Assembly: GCA_041856205.1 (NCBI GenBank) | Contig: JBHAFS010000003.1 | Coordinates: 9,637-73,636 of the forward strand | Source of the DNA: Prevotella sp. | Lineage (GTDB): Bacteria > Bacteroidota > Bacteroidia > Bacteroidales > Bacteroidaceae | Direction of reading: 5' to 3' | DNA length: 64,000 nucleotides | Part shown: piece by piece, positions 40,853-50,924 of the stretch | How the letters are laid out: each line of letters begins with the position of its first letter | Position numbering within the stretch: position 1 is the first letter of the stretch | The notes under the pieces: model-generated | What the model saw: the letters and a program-made list of their open reading frames with translations, nothing else | Database searches by the model: none | Told to the model about the DNA's origin: nothing | Position numbers and translations under genes: made by a program

Positions 40853-43042
40853 TTACCTGATGAACAAGAGTTCGCGGTATTTGGGCAGGGTCCAGAGCTC
40901 GTCGCTGACAATGAGCTCGAGCTTGTCGATCTGGTAGCGTATCTCTCTCATCAGCGGTTCCACGGTGTCGTGGTAGGCGATGGCTTTCTCGCGCTCACAC
41001 TCAATCTTGTTGGCCACCTTGCGGGCGTTGACGAGTTTCTCGACGCCCGTCTCGATGGTCTGCGTGCGCTCGGCAATCTCGCGGATGATCTTCTTGTTGC
41101 GCGCCGTGAGCGACGTGGCCTCCTCGCGATCGAAGATGGCATACATGTTCTCCACGTTGCGGGCCAGCCGGCTCTGGTAATGGGTGGCCACAGGGATGAT
41201 GTGGTTCATGGTGAGGTCGCCCATGACGCGTGCCTCAATCTGCAATTTCTTGGTATAGGTCTCCCATTTCACCTCGTTGCGTGCCACCAGCTCGCTCTTG
41301 CTCATGACGTTCATGTGCTCGAACATGCTGATGCTGGCCTCGTCGAGGTAGCGGTCAAAGGTTTTGGGGCACGAGTTCTCGGTGTCGAGACCGCGACGGG
41401 CAGCCTCGTCGAGCCACTCCTGCGAATATCCGTTGCCCTCGAAGAGGATGGGCGAGCAGGTCTTGATATCCTCGCGCAGGATGTCGATGATGGTGCTGGT
41501 GAGGTCTGTGCCATTGGCCGTGAGGCGGTCTACACGCTCCTTGAAGCTGGCCAGGGCTTCGGCCACGGCCGTGTTGAGCACGATGAGGGCGCAGGCGCAG
41601 TTGGCCTCGGAGCCCACGGCACGAAACTCGAATCGGTTGCCGGTGAAGGCGAAGGGCGAGGTGCGGTTGCGGTCGGTGTTGTCGATGAGCAGTTCGGGTA
41701 TCTCTGGGATGTCGAGCGTCATGCCCTGCTTGCCTTTGAGCGAGAAGAGATTGTTCTTGTCGCTGGCTTGGATGTGCTCGAGCAGGTCGGTGAGCTGCTT
41801 GCCCAGGAATGCCGAGATGACGGCGGGCGGTGCCTCGTTGGCGCCCAGGCGGTGGGCGTTGGTGGCGCTCATGATGCTGGCCTTGAGCAGTCCGTTGTGG
41901 CGATACACGCCCATGAGCGTCTCGACGATGAAGGTGACGAAGCGGAGGTTGTCCTCGGGCGTCTTGCCCGGTGCATGCAGCAGCACGCCGTTGTCGGTGG
42001 AGAGGCTCCAGTTGTTGTGCTTGCCCGAGCCGTTGATGCCCTTGAAGGGTTTCTCGTGGAGCAACACCTGGAAGCCGTGCTTGCGTGCCACCTTCTTCAT
42101 GAGGCTCATGAGCAGCATGTTGTGGTCGACGGCCAGGTTGCACTCCTCGAAGATAGGGGCGAGCTCAAACTGTCCCGGAGCCACCTCGTTGTGGCGTGTC
42201 TTGCAGGGGATGCCCAGCTCCAGTGCCTGCACCTCCAGGTCTTTCATGAAGGCCTGCACGCGCTCGGGGATGGTGCCGAAATAGTGGTCGTCCATCTGCT
42301 GGTTCTTGGCCGAGTCGTGGCCCATGAGCGTGCGGCCGGTGAGCAGCAGGTCGGGACGTGCCGAGCAGAGACTGTCGTCGACGAGGAAATACTCCTGCTC
42401 CCAGCCCAGGTTGGTCTGCACCTTCTTCACCTTGGGGTCGAAGAGGCGGGCCACATCGGTGGCTGCCGTGTTGAGGGCATGGAGCGAGCGCAGCAGTGGA
42501 GCCTTGTAGTCGAGTGCCTCACCGGTGTATGAAATGAAGATGGTGGGTATGCAGAGCGTGTCGTCGATGATAAACACGGGCGACGTGGGGTCCCATGCCG
42601 AGTAGCCGCGGGCCTCGAAGGTGTTGCGGATGCCGCCGGAGGGGAAGCTCGAGGCATCGGGCTCCTGCTGCACCAAGAGCTTGCCCGAGAACTCTTCGAT
42701 CATGCCGCCCTTGCCATCGTGCTCCACAAAGGCATCGTGTTTCTCGGCTGTGCCGTCGGTGAGGGGCTGGAACCAGTGGGTGTAATGGGTCACCCCGCTC
42801 TCCTCGGCCCACTGGCGCATGCCCTTGGCCACGGCATCTGCGATACCCCGGTCGAGGTGCGCGCCGTTGTCGATGACATCGATGAGTTTCTCGTAGACGT
42901 CAGACGGAAGATACTTGTACATCTTCTGGCGGTTGAAAACCTTGCGTGCGAAATACTCAGAAGGACGCTCCAGTGGGGGCACCACCTCCAGCGGGCGTTT
43001 GCGGAAGGCCTCTGCCACCACATCAAATCTTAAATTGGCCAT
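40853..43042 (-). CDS. glnA: Glutamine synthetase type III
   Basis: THYTHWFQPLT, EPDASSFPSGG, LGWEQEYF, HNEVAPGQFE, HEKPFKGINGSGKH, DRNRTSPFAFTGNRFEFRAVG; -7 element TAATTTTG at 43069-43076. Confidence 0.95.
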   Translation of the reverse strand: MANLRFDVVAEAFRKRPLEVVPPLERPSEYFARKVFNRQKMYKYLPSDVYEKLIDVIDNGAHLDRGIADAVAKGMRQWAEESGVTHYTHWFQPLTDGTAEKHDAFVEHDGKGGMIEEFSGKLLVQQEPDASSFPSGGIRNTFEARGYSAWDPTSPVFIIDDTLCIPTIFISYTGEALDYKAPLLRSLHALNTAATDVARLFDPKVKKVQTNLGWEQEYFLVDDSLCSARPDLLLTGRTLMGHDSAKNQQMDDHYFGTIPERVQAFMKDLEVQALELGIPCKTRHNEVAPGQFELAPIFEECNLAVDHNMLLMSLMKKVARKHGFQVLLHEKPFKGINGSGKHNNWSLSTDNGVLLHAPGKTPEDNLRFVTFIVETLMGVYRHNGLLKASIMSATNAHRLGANEAPPAVISAFLGKQLTDLLEHIQASDKNNLFSLKGKQGMTLDIPEIPELLIDNTDRNRTSPFAFTGNRFEFRAVGSEANCACALIVLNTAVAEALASFKERVDRLTANGTDLTSTIIDILREDIKTCSPILFEGNGYSQEWLDEAARRGLDTENSCPKTFDRYLDEASISMFEHMNVMSKSELVARNEVKWETYTKKLQIEARVMGDLTMNHIIPVATHYQSRLARNVENMYAIFDREEATSLTARNKKIIREIAERTQTIETGVEKLVNARKVANKIECEREKAIAYHDTVEPLMREIRYQIDKLELIVSDELWTLPKYRELLFIR

Positions 43043-43207
43043 TACCTGTTTCTTTATTGTTTGCACTGCAAAATTAACCTAATCTGTGCAGAATGCAAAA
43101 CAAATGGCAGCTTTTTTGTAGTATTGCTGTCATATTGTGCGACTGTGACGAATGCCCGAACGGCTCCTCAAGGCCTATTCCTACGTCTTGTGCCCACTGC
43201 CATCAAC

Positions 43208-43252
43208 AAGACTGCGCCAACCCGTTGCTTAAAGCAGGGTCGGCGCAGCCTT
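43208..43252 (-). terminator. Stem-loop downstream of rseP
   Basis: AAGACTGCGCCAACCC...GGGTCGGCGCAGCCTT, pairs with G-U on the minus strand. Confidence 0.55.
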
Positions 43253-43277
43253 CTGTATATGTATCAAAAAGGTGGCG

Positions 43278-44711
43278 TCACATCACGCCCAGCCACCGCA
43301 GGATATCGTTGAGGTTGGCCACCACCATGAGCAGGATGAGTATGCTGATGCCCGCATACTCGGCGCGGATCATGAAGGTCTCTGAGGGCTTGCGACGCGT
43401 GACAATCTCGTAGAGCAGGAAGAGCACGTGGCCGCCGTCGAGGGCAGGGATGGGCAGGATGTTCATGAAGGCCAGGATGATGCTCAGGAAGGCCGTCATC
43501 TTCCAGAACATATACCAGTCCCAGCTTGAGGGGAAGAGGTTTCCGATGGACCCGAATCCACCGAGGCTCTTGGCGCCCTCGGGCGAGAAGAGGTACTGCA
43601 TGTCGCTGACATAGCCCTTCAGCACGTTCCATCCGAACTTCACGCCGGCGGGGAAGCTCTCCCAGAAGCCGTAGCTCACGTGGGTGATGCTTTGCCCATA
43701 GAGCTTGCCCAGGGCGAGTGGGGAGAAGCCCAGCTTCACGTCGGGGGTGAGCTGTGTGTGCAGCGTGTCGGTGGCTGTGCCTCCGGCCTTGGCCACGGTC
43801 AGTGTGACCTTCAGCAGCTGCACGCTGTCGCGGTGGGTGGTGACGGCCGACAGCTGGTCTTCTATGCGTCTGATCTCCTCGCTGAAGGCGTTATACGAGT
43901 CGACGGGCCGTCCGTTGAGTGCAACGATGCGGTCGCCCTTCTGCAGTCCGATCTTCGATGCCGGCGTGGCGATTGAGTCTTTGCTGCCTTGGGCCACCGG
44001 CATCTTCTCGACCACAGAGTCGACCACGGCGGGGATGAAGGGCGCTGTAAACTGCGGTGTCGACTTCAGCATGTCGAGCAGGTTGAGGTCGCCCGGCAGG
44101 TCGATACGCACCTTCTTGCCCTGACGCACCACCTCGGCATATCGGGCCTCGGCCAGGTCGCGGTACACGTCGACGTTGAAGTCGTTGAACGGGCGGATAT
44201 TGGTACCCACGAGGATGTCATGGTCTTGGAATCCCAGTTTCTTGGCCTCGGTGTTGAATTTCATTCCCTGCGACATGTCGGCCATCTTGATATAGCTCTC
44301 GCCCCAGTAGAACATCACCATCGAATAGATGAACAAGGCCACCACAAAGTTGACCGCCACGCCGGCCACCATGATGATGAGGCGCTGCCAGGCCGGCTTG
44401 GTACGAAACTCCCACGGCTGCGGGTCGCGTTTCATCTGCTCGGTGTCCATGCTCTCGTCGATCATGCCGGCAATCTTGCAATAGCCGCCCAGGGGCAGCC
44501 AGCCCATGCCGTAGGTGGTCTCGCCGTTCTTGGGCTTGAAGCCGAAGAGCCTGCCGCTCCACTTGCCGATGCCTACGTCGAAGAATACAAAAAACTTCTC
44601 CACCCGCACGCCGAAGAGCTTGGAGGCCAGCATGTGACCCCCTTCGTGGAGCAGCACGAGCAGAGATATTGACAGGATAAACTGTAACAGTTTGATCAAA
44701 AAGATTTCCAT
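43278..44711 (-). CDS. rseP: RIP metalloprotease RseP (site-2 protease)
   Basis: HEGGH, LPLGGY, PDZ region, NILPIPALDGGH; follows dxr. Confidence 0.95.
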   Translation of the reverse strand: MEIFLIKLLQFILSISLLVLLHEGGHMLASKLFGVRVEKFFVFFDVGIGKWSGRLFGFKPKNGETTYGMGWLPLGGYCKIAGMIDESMDTEQMKRDPQPWEFRTKPAWQRLIIMVAGVAVNFVVALFIYSMVMFYWGESYIKMADMSQGMKFNTEAKKLGFQDHDILVGTNIRPFNDFNVDVYRDLAEARYAEVVRQGKKVRIDLPGDLNLLDMLKSTPQFTAPFIPAVVDSVVEKMPVAQGSKDSIATPASKIGLQKGDRIVALNGRPVDSYNAFSEEIRRIEDQLSAVTTHRDSVQLLKVTLTVAKAGGTATDTLHTQLTPDVKLGFSPLALGKLYGQSITHVSYGFWESFPAGVKFGWNVLKGYVSDMQYLFSPEGAKSLGGFGSIGNLFPSSWDWYMFWKMTAFLSIILAFMNILPIPALDGGHVLFLLYEIVTRRKPSETFMIRAEYAGISILILLMVVANLNDILRWLGVM

Positions 44712-44793
44712 TGACGATTCTTGATGTTTGTTTACCCAGCCCTGGAGGGCGTGGGGATGCGGTGTTAACGATTGATGATGCTCGCCGGTCGGC

Positions 44794-45954
44794 CTATCGG
44801 CTCACCAGTGCGGCGGCAATGCGCCTTGCCTCCCGGTCGGTCTGCAGGTAAGTGTCGAGGTCGGGTGCCTTGTCGAAGGTGGCTTGCTGCATGGTCTTCT
44901 CGATGATGTCGGCCATGCCGTGGAACGTACACTCGCCGCGGCGGAAGGCTGCGTTGGCCACCTCGTTGGCCGCGTTGAGTATGCAGGGCATGTTGCCGCC
45001 CTTGCCGATGGCCTCGTAGGCCAGAGCCAGGCATCTGAACTTGTTGACGTCGGGCTCCATAAACTCCAGGCTGCGCGCCTTGAACAGGTCGAGCCGCTCA
45101 CCGTCGAGGGGCAGCCGCTCGGGGTAGGAGAAGGCATACTGGATGGGCAGCCGCATGTCGGGCACGCCCAGCTGTGCCTTCACCGCGCCGTCTTTGAACT
45201 GCACGCCGCTGTGTACGATGCTCTGTGGATGGATGAGCACCTGGATTTGCTCGGCCGGTACGCCGAAGAGCCACCTGGCCTCCATGACCTCGAAGCCTTT
45301 GTTCATGAGCGTGGCCGAGTCGATGGTGATCTTCGCGCCCATGTCCCAGGTGGGATGGCGCAGGGCGTCGGCGGCAGTCACATGATCGAGCTGCTCGTCG
45401 CTGAAGAGGCGGAAGGGTCCGCCCGAGCAGGTGAGCAGAATCTTGTCGACCTCGTTCATATCCTCGCCCACGAGGCTCTGGAAGATGGCGCTGTGTTCCG
45501 AGTCGACGGGCAGCAGGTCTACATGATACTGCTGCACGAGGTTGAGCATGAGCTCACCGGCCACCACCAGCGTCTCCTTGTTGGCCAGGGCAATCTTCTT
45601 GCGGGCCTTGATGGCGTGGATGGTGGGCACCAAGCCCGCGAAGCCCACCATCGAGGCCAGCACGATGTCTACCGGTTCGGCCTCCACCACTTGGCAGAGC
45701 GCCTCTTCGCCGGCATACACCTTGATGTCCGGCCTGTCGGCAAGCAGGCTGGTGAGCCTGTCGTAATGGGCCTCGTTGGCAATCACCACGGCTGCTGGGT
45801 TGAACGTGCGGGCCTGTTGGGCCAGCAGCTCCACCTGGTTGTTCGCCGTGAGGCAGTAGGCCTCGTAGCGGTCGGGGTGCTGACGGATGACGTCGAGCGC
45901 CTGCGATCCGATGGAACCCGTACTGCCCAGGATACATATCTGTTGTTTCTTCAT
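44794..45954 (-). CDS. dxr: 1-deoxy-D-xylulose-5-phosphate reductoisomerase
   Basis: LGSTGSIG, LANKETLV, PVDSEHSA, HPTWDMGAKITIDSATLMNKG. Confidence 0.97.
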   Translation of the reverse strand: MKKQQICILGSTGSIGSQALDVIRQHPDRYEAYCLTANNQVELLAQQARTFNPAAVVIANEAHYDRLTSLLADRPDIKVYAGEEALCQVVEAEPVDIVLASMVGFAGLVPTIHAIKARKKIALANKETLVVAGELMLNLVQQYHVDLLPVDSEHSAIFQSLVGEDMNEVDKILLTCSGGPFRLFSDEQLDHVTAADALRHPTWDMGAKITIDSATLMNKGFEVMEARWLFGVPAEQIQVLIHPQSIVHSGVQFKDGAVKAQLGVPDMRLPIQYAFSYPERLPLDGERLDLFKARSLEFMEPDVNKFRCLALAYEAIGKGGNMPCILNAANEVANAAFRRGECTFHGMADIIEKTMQQATFDKAPDLDTYLQTDREARRIAAALVSR

Positions 45955-45994
45955 CTTTGCTTATCTGTTTTTTTCGCCACCATGCACCGGGAGC

Positions 45995-46516
45995 CTACAG
46001 GTCGAGCAGTCCTTCGGGAATGGTCATAGTGATGGTGCGTGCCTCCTTGTCTACGTCGGCAATGAGGTCCTCGTCGGCGGGGATGAGCAGGTCTTGTCCC
46101 TCCTTTGTCGTCACCTCGAAGAGCGTGTTGATGGTGCTGTCGTCCACGGCGGCGATGGTTCCCACCGTCTGCAGGCTGTCAGCGTCGACGATGTGGTAGC
46201 CGATGATCTCGGCCCACGACATGCTGTCGGCATCGCCATCGGCATGTTCACGGTTGAAGAACACGCTGCAGCCCGTGAGCTCGCGGGCCTGTTCGGCGGT
46301 GTCGATATCGGCAAACTTCATCAGGGCGAGTTCGTCGGAGCGAAACCTGTACTCCTCGATGAAAAACGGAACAAGGATGCCGTCGATCTCCAGAATGAGA
46401 TAGTCGGCATCCACCCGGTCGAAGACGTCGTCGTCGAACTGGAACGACACCTCGCCTTTCACGCCGTGGGGCTTGCCCAGACGTCCGATCTTGTAAACAT
46501 CCTCCTGCCTAATCAT
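45995..46516 (-). CDS. rimM: Ribosome maturation factor RimM
   Basis: IGRLGKPHGVKGE, LLIP, PEGLLDL. Confidence 0.93.
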   Translation of the reverse strand: MIRQEDVYKIGRLGKPHGVKGEVSFQFDDDVFDRVDADYLILEIDGILVPFFIEEYRFRSDELALMKFADIDTAEQARELTGCSVFFNREHADGDADSMSWAEIIGYHIVDADSLQTVGTIAAVDDSTINTLFEVTTKEGQDLLIPADEDLIADVDKEARTITMTIPEGLLDL

Positions 46517-47819
46517 TCACGCGTCGGATGTTGGCACCCAGTTGGTTGAGGCGCAGTTCGATATCCTCATAGCCCCTGTCGATCTGCGCGATGTTGGCAA
46601 TGCGGCTCGTGCCCTTGGCGCTGAGCGCGGCGATGAGCAGCGCGATGCCCGCGCGGATGTCGGGGCTCGTCATGCGTCCGGCCCTGAGGGTGATGCGCCG
46701 GTCTTGTCCGATGACCACCGCGCGGTGTGGGTCGCAGAGGATGATCTGCGCGCCCATGTCGATGAGCTTGTCTACAAAGAAGAGTCGGCTCTCAAACATC
46801 TTCTGGTGGATGAGCACCGAGCCGCGGGCCTGCGTGGCCGTGACGAGGAGCACCGACAGCAGGTCGGGCGTGAGGCCCGGCCACGGCGCGTCGGCGAAAG
46901 TCATGATGGTGCCGTCGATGAACGACTCCACCTGGTAATGCTTCTGGTGCGGAATATAGAGGTCGTCGCCCTCCACCTTGATCTTGATGCCCAGTTGTTT
47001 GAAGACGTTGGGTATGATACCCAGGTCTTTGAGCGACACATCCTTGATGCGCACGCCGTTGCCCACCATGGCAGCCATGCCGATGAACGACCCCACCTCG
47101 ATCATGTCGGGCAGGATGCGGTGCGTGGCGCCGTGCAGCTTCTCCACGCCCACGATGGTGATCAGGTTGCTGGCGATGCCGCTGATGTTGGCGCCCATGG
47201 CGTTGAGCAGGTGGCACAGCTGCTGGATATAGGGCTCGCAGGCCGCATGATAGATGGTGGTGGTGCCCTTAGCCAGCACGGCAGCCATGATGATGTTGGC
47301 CGTACCGGTCACCGAGGCCTCGTCGAGGAGCATATAGGTGCCCTTGAGCTGTCGGGCCTGTATGAGGTATACGTCGCGCTCCTCGTCGTGTACGAAGCGT
47401 GCGCCGAGGTTCTTGAATCCCAGGAAGTGGGTGTCGAGGCGTCGCCTGCCGATCTTGTCGCCGCCGGGCTTGGCCACGGTGGCCTTGCCGAAACGTCCGA
47501 GCAGCGGACCGATCATCAGCACCGAGCCACGCAGCGACGAGCATTTCTGCACAAACTCAAGACTGTCGAGGTAGTCGAGGTTGAGCTCGTCGGCCAGGAA
47601 CGTATAGTCGTTGCGGCTGTGCCGAGTGACCTTCACGCCGATGTCCTGCAGCAGTTTGATGAGGTTGTTCACGTCGAGGATGTCAGGGATATTGTTTATC
47701 CTTACCGGCTCGTGTGTAAGCAGTGCGGCACAGATCACCTCGAGCGCCTCGTTCTTGGCACCCTGTGGTACGATGGTTCCGCTGAGCTGATGCCCGCCTT
47801 CAATGATGAACGACTCCAT
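46509..47819 (-). CDS. murA: UDP-N-acetylglucosamine 1-carboxyvinyltransferase
   Basis: GAKNEAL, PGGDKIGRR (Asp-type variant), SVTGTAN, DIRAG, IDRGYE. Confidence 0.95.
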   Translation of the reverse strand: MESFIIEGGHQLSGTIVPQGAKNEALEVICAALLTHEPVRINNIPDILDVNNLIKLLQDIGVKVTRHSRNDYTFLADELNLDYLDSLEFVQKCSSLRGSVLMIGPLLGRFGKATVAKPGGDKIGRRRLDTHFLGFKNLGARFVHDEERDVYLIQARQLKGTYMLLDEASVTGTANIIMAAVLAKGTTTIYHAACEPYIQQLCHLLNAMGANISGIASNLITIVGVEKLHGATHRILPDMIEVGSFIGMAAMVGNGVRIKDVSLKDLGIIPNVFKQLGIKIKVEGDDLYIPHQKHYQVESFIDGTIMTFADAPWPGLTPDLLSVLLVTATQARGSVLIHQKMFESRLFFVDKLIDMGAQIILCDPHRAVVIGQDRRITLRAGRMTSPDIRAGIALLIAALSAKGTSRIANIAQIDRGYEDIELRLNQLGANIRRVND

Positions 47820-47822
47820 GTG

Positions 47823-48416
47823 CTATTTCTTTTTGCGTTTCTTCTCCACCTCCCTGAGGTCGATCTTGTCGAACTTGAATGTGCTGAGGTCCAGCTGTAT
47901 CTTGCCGTCGGTGAAGCGTGCCAGGTCGTCGGCCACCTTCTCCTCGCTGCTGAATCCGTGGCTCCACTGCATGATGTCGCGCTTCATCTGGTTGGCCGTG
48001 AGCCTGGTGAGCACGTCGCGCTCCTTGCCCGGCTCCATGGCCTTGAGTTTCTCGAAGAGTCCGAAGACAATCTTGCCGTAGTGGCGCACGGGAATATCGT
48101 TGGTGGGATAGTCAACCTTGGCGGGCTTGGTGTTGATGGCCTTGGCCTGCGGCACGTCGTAGGGCCAGTCGATATCGAGCTTGAAGTCGCTCATCAGTGC
48201 CAGATAGTCCCAGAGCTTCTGTTTGTAGTCGGCATTCTCCCTGACCTGCGGCGCCATGCGCTCCATGGTGGCCACGATGGCCTCTGCACAGCTCTGGCGC
48301 TCGGCCTTGCTCTCCAGGGTCATGGCATAAGCCACCATGTTCTGCACCTCGCGTCCGTATTCTGATAATACGAGTTTCTCACGTTGGGTGTTGTAGTCCA
48401 GTCCTTCGATGTTCAT
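47823..48416 (-). CDS. DUF4290 domain protein
   Basis: LDYNTQREKL..EYGR, KLWDYL, RHYGK; characteristic position upstream of murA in Bacteroidetes. Confidence 0.8.
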   Translation of the reverse strand: MNIEGLDYNTQREKLVLSEYGREVQNMVAYAMTLESKAERQSCAEAIVATMERMAPQVRENADYKQKLWDYLALMSDFKLDIDWPYDVPQAKAINTKPAKVDYPTNDIPVRHYGKIVFGLFEKLKAMEPGKERDVLTRLTANQMKRDIMQWSHGFSSEEKVADDLARFTDGKIQLDLSTFKFDKIDLREVEKKRKKK

Positions 48417-48548
48417 TCTTAATTGTTGATGTTGTTAAATGGTAGAGCGGGCCTTCGTCGTCCTCGCTGCTGCCGTGGCAGGCGGGATGGGGCGGAGGCT
48501 TCTCCGTGGTTTTGAATGGTTGTAGCTGAGCCTGTGGCGTGCGGCGGC

Positions 48549-49241
48549 TCAGAGCAGCTTGCGCGGCAGCTTGGCTACGAAGTCTTTGAGATAGAAGGGC
48601 ACAAAGTAGGCCACGTCTTCAAACTGCTCCCTGGCCAAGCGTTTCTCGGCCAGCGGAAACATATACTTGGCCAGCGCCTCGATGCCCTCGATGAAGTGGG
48701 CGTTGGGATGGCTGATGCTCTCCTTACACTTCATGGCTCCGTTGCCGAAGAAGTAGACGGGGTGCTCGTCGAGCCAGGCCCTGTAGGTCTCGGCATCCAC
48801 CACATCGGCGTGGATGGGGCGCACCTCGTGCAGCGAGCGGTCGAAGATCTGTGCATAGACCTCCATGCGGCGGGCGTCGAGCATGGGGCAGAGCAGGGCG
48901 TCGTCCTCGGCCACCAGCTCGCGCAGCAGCACGGGCACGCAGAGCAGCTCGAGCGTGGGCACGGCCAGCAGCTTCACGTCGCGGCCGAAACAGATGCCCT
49001 TGGCCATCGACACACCGATGCGCAGGCCGGTGTACGACCCCGGGCCGCAACTCACGGCCACGGCATCCAGGGGGATGGCATGGTTGTCGACAAACGACAG
49101 GGCTTCGTCTACAAAGGTTCCCAGCTTCTCAGCGTGGTTGGGACCGGTGTGGTCCTCTTGCTCAAAGATACATGTGCCGTCTTCGCTGACGGCTACCGAG
49201 CACACATCTGTGCTCGTGTCGATATTTAAAATGCAAGACAT
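48549..49241 (-). CDS. tsaB: tRNA threonylcarbamoyladenosine biosynthesis protein TsaB
   Basis: ILNIDTST, GPGSYTGLRIG, DARRMEVY, PFYLK. Confidence 0.95.
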   Translation of the reverse strand: MSCILNIDTSTDVCSVAVSEDGTCIFEQEDHTGPNHAEKLGTFVDEALSFVDNHAIPLDAVAVSCGPGSYTGLRIGVSMAKGICFGRDVKLLAVPTLELLCVPVLLRELVAEDDALLCPMLDARRMEVYAQIFDRSLHEVRPIHADVVDAETYRAWLDEHPVYFFGNGAMKCKESISHPNAHFIEGIEALAKYMFPLAEKRLAREQFEDVAYFVPFYLKDFVAKLPRKLL

Positions 49242-49269
49242 AACTTCAGATTATAATCTTAATAATGTG

Positions 49270-49308
49270 CAAATTTACTCTTTTTTCCGTCAATTCTTTG
49301 TACTTTTG
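49270..49308. promoter_or_regulatory. Divergent -7 elements for tsaB (49270-49277, minus) and yicC (49301-49308, plus)
   Basis: TAAATTTG (minus) and TACTTTTG (plus). Confidence 0.6.
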
Positions 49309-49332
49309 CAGAAATTTAACTTCCATGCAGCC

Positions 49333-50208
49333 ATGATACAATCGATGACAGGTTACGGCAAATCGGTAGTAACCTACAAAGACAAAAAGATTAATGTTGA
49401 GATAAAATCACTGAACAGCAAGTCTCTCGACCTGTCGGCGCGCATCGCTCCGCTCTACCGCGAGAAAGAGATGGAGATACGCCAGGTAGTGGCCGAGGCA
49501 CTGGTCAGGGGCAAGGTCGACTTCTCGATCTGGATCGAGAAAGACACCGTGGTCGACGCCACACCCATCAACGGTCCGCTTGTTGAGAATTATTACAACC
49601 AGATCAAGGCCATCTCGGCCAAGGCCGGCATACCCGAGCCCGCCGACTGGTATGTCACCCTGCTGCGCATGCCTGACGTGCTGACCAAGACCGACACCGA
49701 GGTGCTCGATCCCGAGGAGTGGGCTGCCGCCCGTCAGGCCATCGACGCGGCCATCGCCGAGATCACGGCGTTCCGTCGTCAGGAGGGTGCCGCCCTGGAG
49801 AAGAAGTTCCACGAGAAGATCGACAACATTGCCACGCTGCTGCGCGACATCGAGCCCTACGAACAGAGCAGGGTGGCCAAGATACGCGAGCAGATCACCA
49901 AGGGACTGGAACAGATACCCAACGTAGACTACGACAAGAACCGGCTGGAGCAGGAACTCATCTATTACATCGAGAAGCTCGACATCAGCGAGGAGAAGCA
50001 GCGTCTGTCCAACCACCTCAACTACTTCAGACAGACCATGGCCGAGGCACTGCCCAACGGCAAGAAACTGGGCTTCATCGCCCAGGAGATGGGACGCGAG
50101 ATCAACACCACAGGCTCGAAGAGCAACCAGGCCGAGATGCAGAACATCGTGGTGAAGATGAAAGACGAACTCGAGCAGATCAAGGAGCAGGTGCTCAACG
50201 CCCTGTAA
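49333..50208 (+). CDS. yicC: YicC/YloC family endoribonuclease
   Basis: MIQSMTGYG, RGKVD, GKKLGFIAQEMGREINTTGSK; upstream of gmk. Confidence 0.93.
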   Translation: MIQSMTGYGKSVVTYKDKKINVEIKSLNSKSLDLSARIAPLYREKEMEIRQVVAEALVRGKVDFSIWIEKDTVVDATPINGPLVENYYNQIKAISAKAGIPEPADWYVTLLRMPDVLTKTDTEVLDPEEWAAARQAIDAAIAEITAFRRQEGAALEKKFHEKIDNIATLLRDIEPYEQSRVAKIREQITKGLEQIPNVDYDKNRLEQELIYYIEKLDISEEKQRLSNHLNYFRQTMAEALPNGKKLGFIAQEMGREINTTGSKSNQAEMQNIVVKMKDELEQIKEQVLNAL

Positions 50209-50228
50209 CCATCACCGATAGGCTATGG

Positions 50229-50257
50229 GCAGGCCGTCTGTCGGCCTGCTTTTTTTA
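50229..50257 (+). terminator. Intrinsic terminator after yicC
   Basis: GCAGGCCG-tctgt-CGGCCTGC followed by a T-run. Confidence 0.7.
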
Positions 50258-50285
50258 TTTTCCCAACACACAGAACCCCATATTC

Positions 50286-50903
50286 ATGACAACAGAGCAT
50301 ACCCCCCAATCCACCTCGACGCAGTACGGTGGCAAGTCGCGTCTCGTCATCTTCAGTGCCCCCAGCGGCAGCGGCAAGAGCACCATCGTCAATTATCTCA
50401 TGACCCACCATCCTGAGTTGCGGTTGGCCTTCTCCATCTCCTGCACCAGCCGGGCACCACGTGGCACCGAGCAAGACGGGGTGGAATATTTCTTTCTCAC
50501 GCCCGAGGCCTTCAGAGAGAAGATTGCCCACGGCGATTTTCTGGAGTACGAGGAGGTCTATCCCGGCCGCTTCTACGGCACCCTCAAGCAGCAGGTGGAG
50601 AGTCAGAGTGCGGCCGGCCAGAACGTGGTGTTCGACGTCGACGTGGTGGGCGGCTGCAACATCAAGGAGTATTATGGCGACCGCGCCCTGAGCGTGTTCA
50701 TCCAGCCGCCCTCGGTCGACGAGCTGCGCCGCCGTCTCGAAGGGCGCGCCACCGACAGTGCCGAGGTCATCGAGCAGCGGCTGGCCAAGGCCTCCTACGA
50801 GCTGACCTTTGCCGACCGGTTCGACAAGGTGATCATCAACGACGACCTGCAGGCGGCCTGCGCCGAGGCCTACCGGGTGGTGAGCGCGTTTCTGGGTCGC
50901 TGA
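50286..50903 (+). CDS. gmk: Guanylate kinase
   Basis: SAPSGSGKST, SCTSRAPRGTE, YYFL-like YFFL, FLEYEEVY, YGT. Confidence 0.96.
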   Translation: MTTEHTPQSTSTQYGGKSRLVIFSAPSGSGKSTIVNYLMTHHPELRLAFSISCTSRAPRGTEQDGVEYFFLTPEAFREKIAHGDFLEYEEVYPGRFYGTLKQQVESQSAAGQNVVFDVDVVGGCNIKEYYGDRALSVFIQPPSVDELRRRLEGRATDSAEVIEQRLAKASYELTFADRFDKVIINDDLQAACAEAYRVVSAFLGR

Positions 50904-50924
50904 CCTGTCACCCCCTGTCTGCCC

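Noticed and set aside
43162-43189. CGTCTT near the glnA/rseP boundary as another ECF promoter
   Set aside because: No matching -35 element at 16-nt spacing and no downstream plus-strand gene
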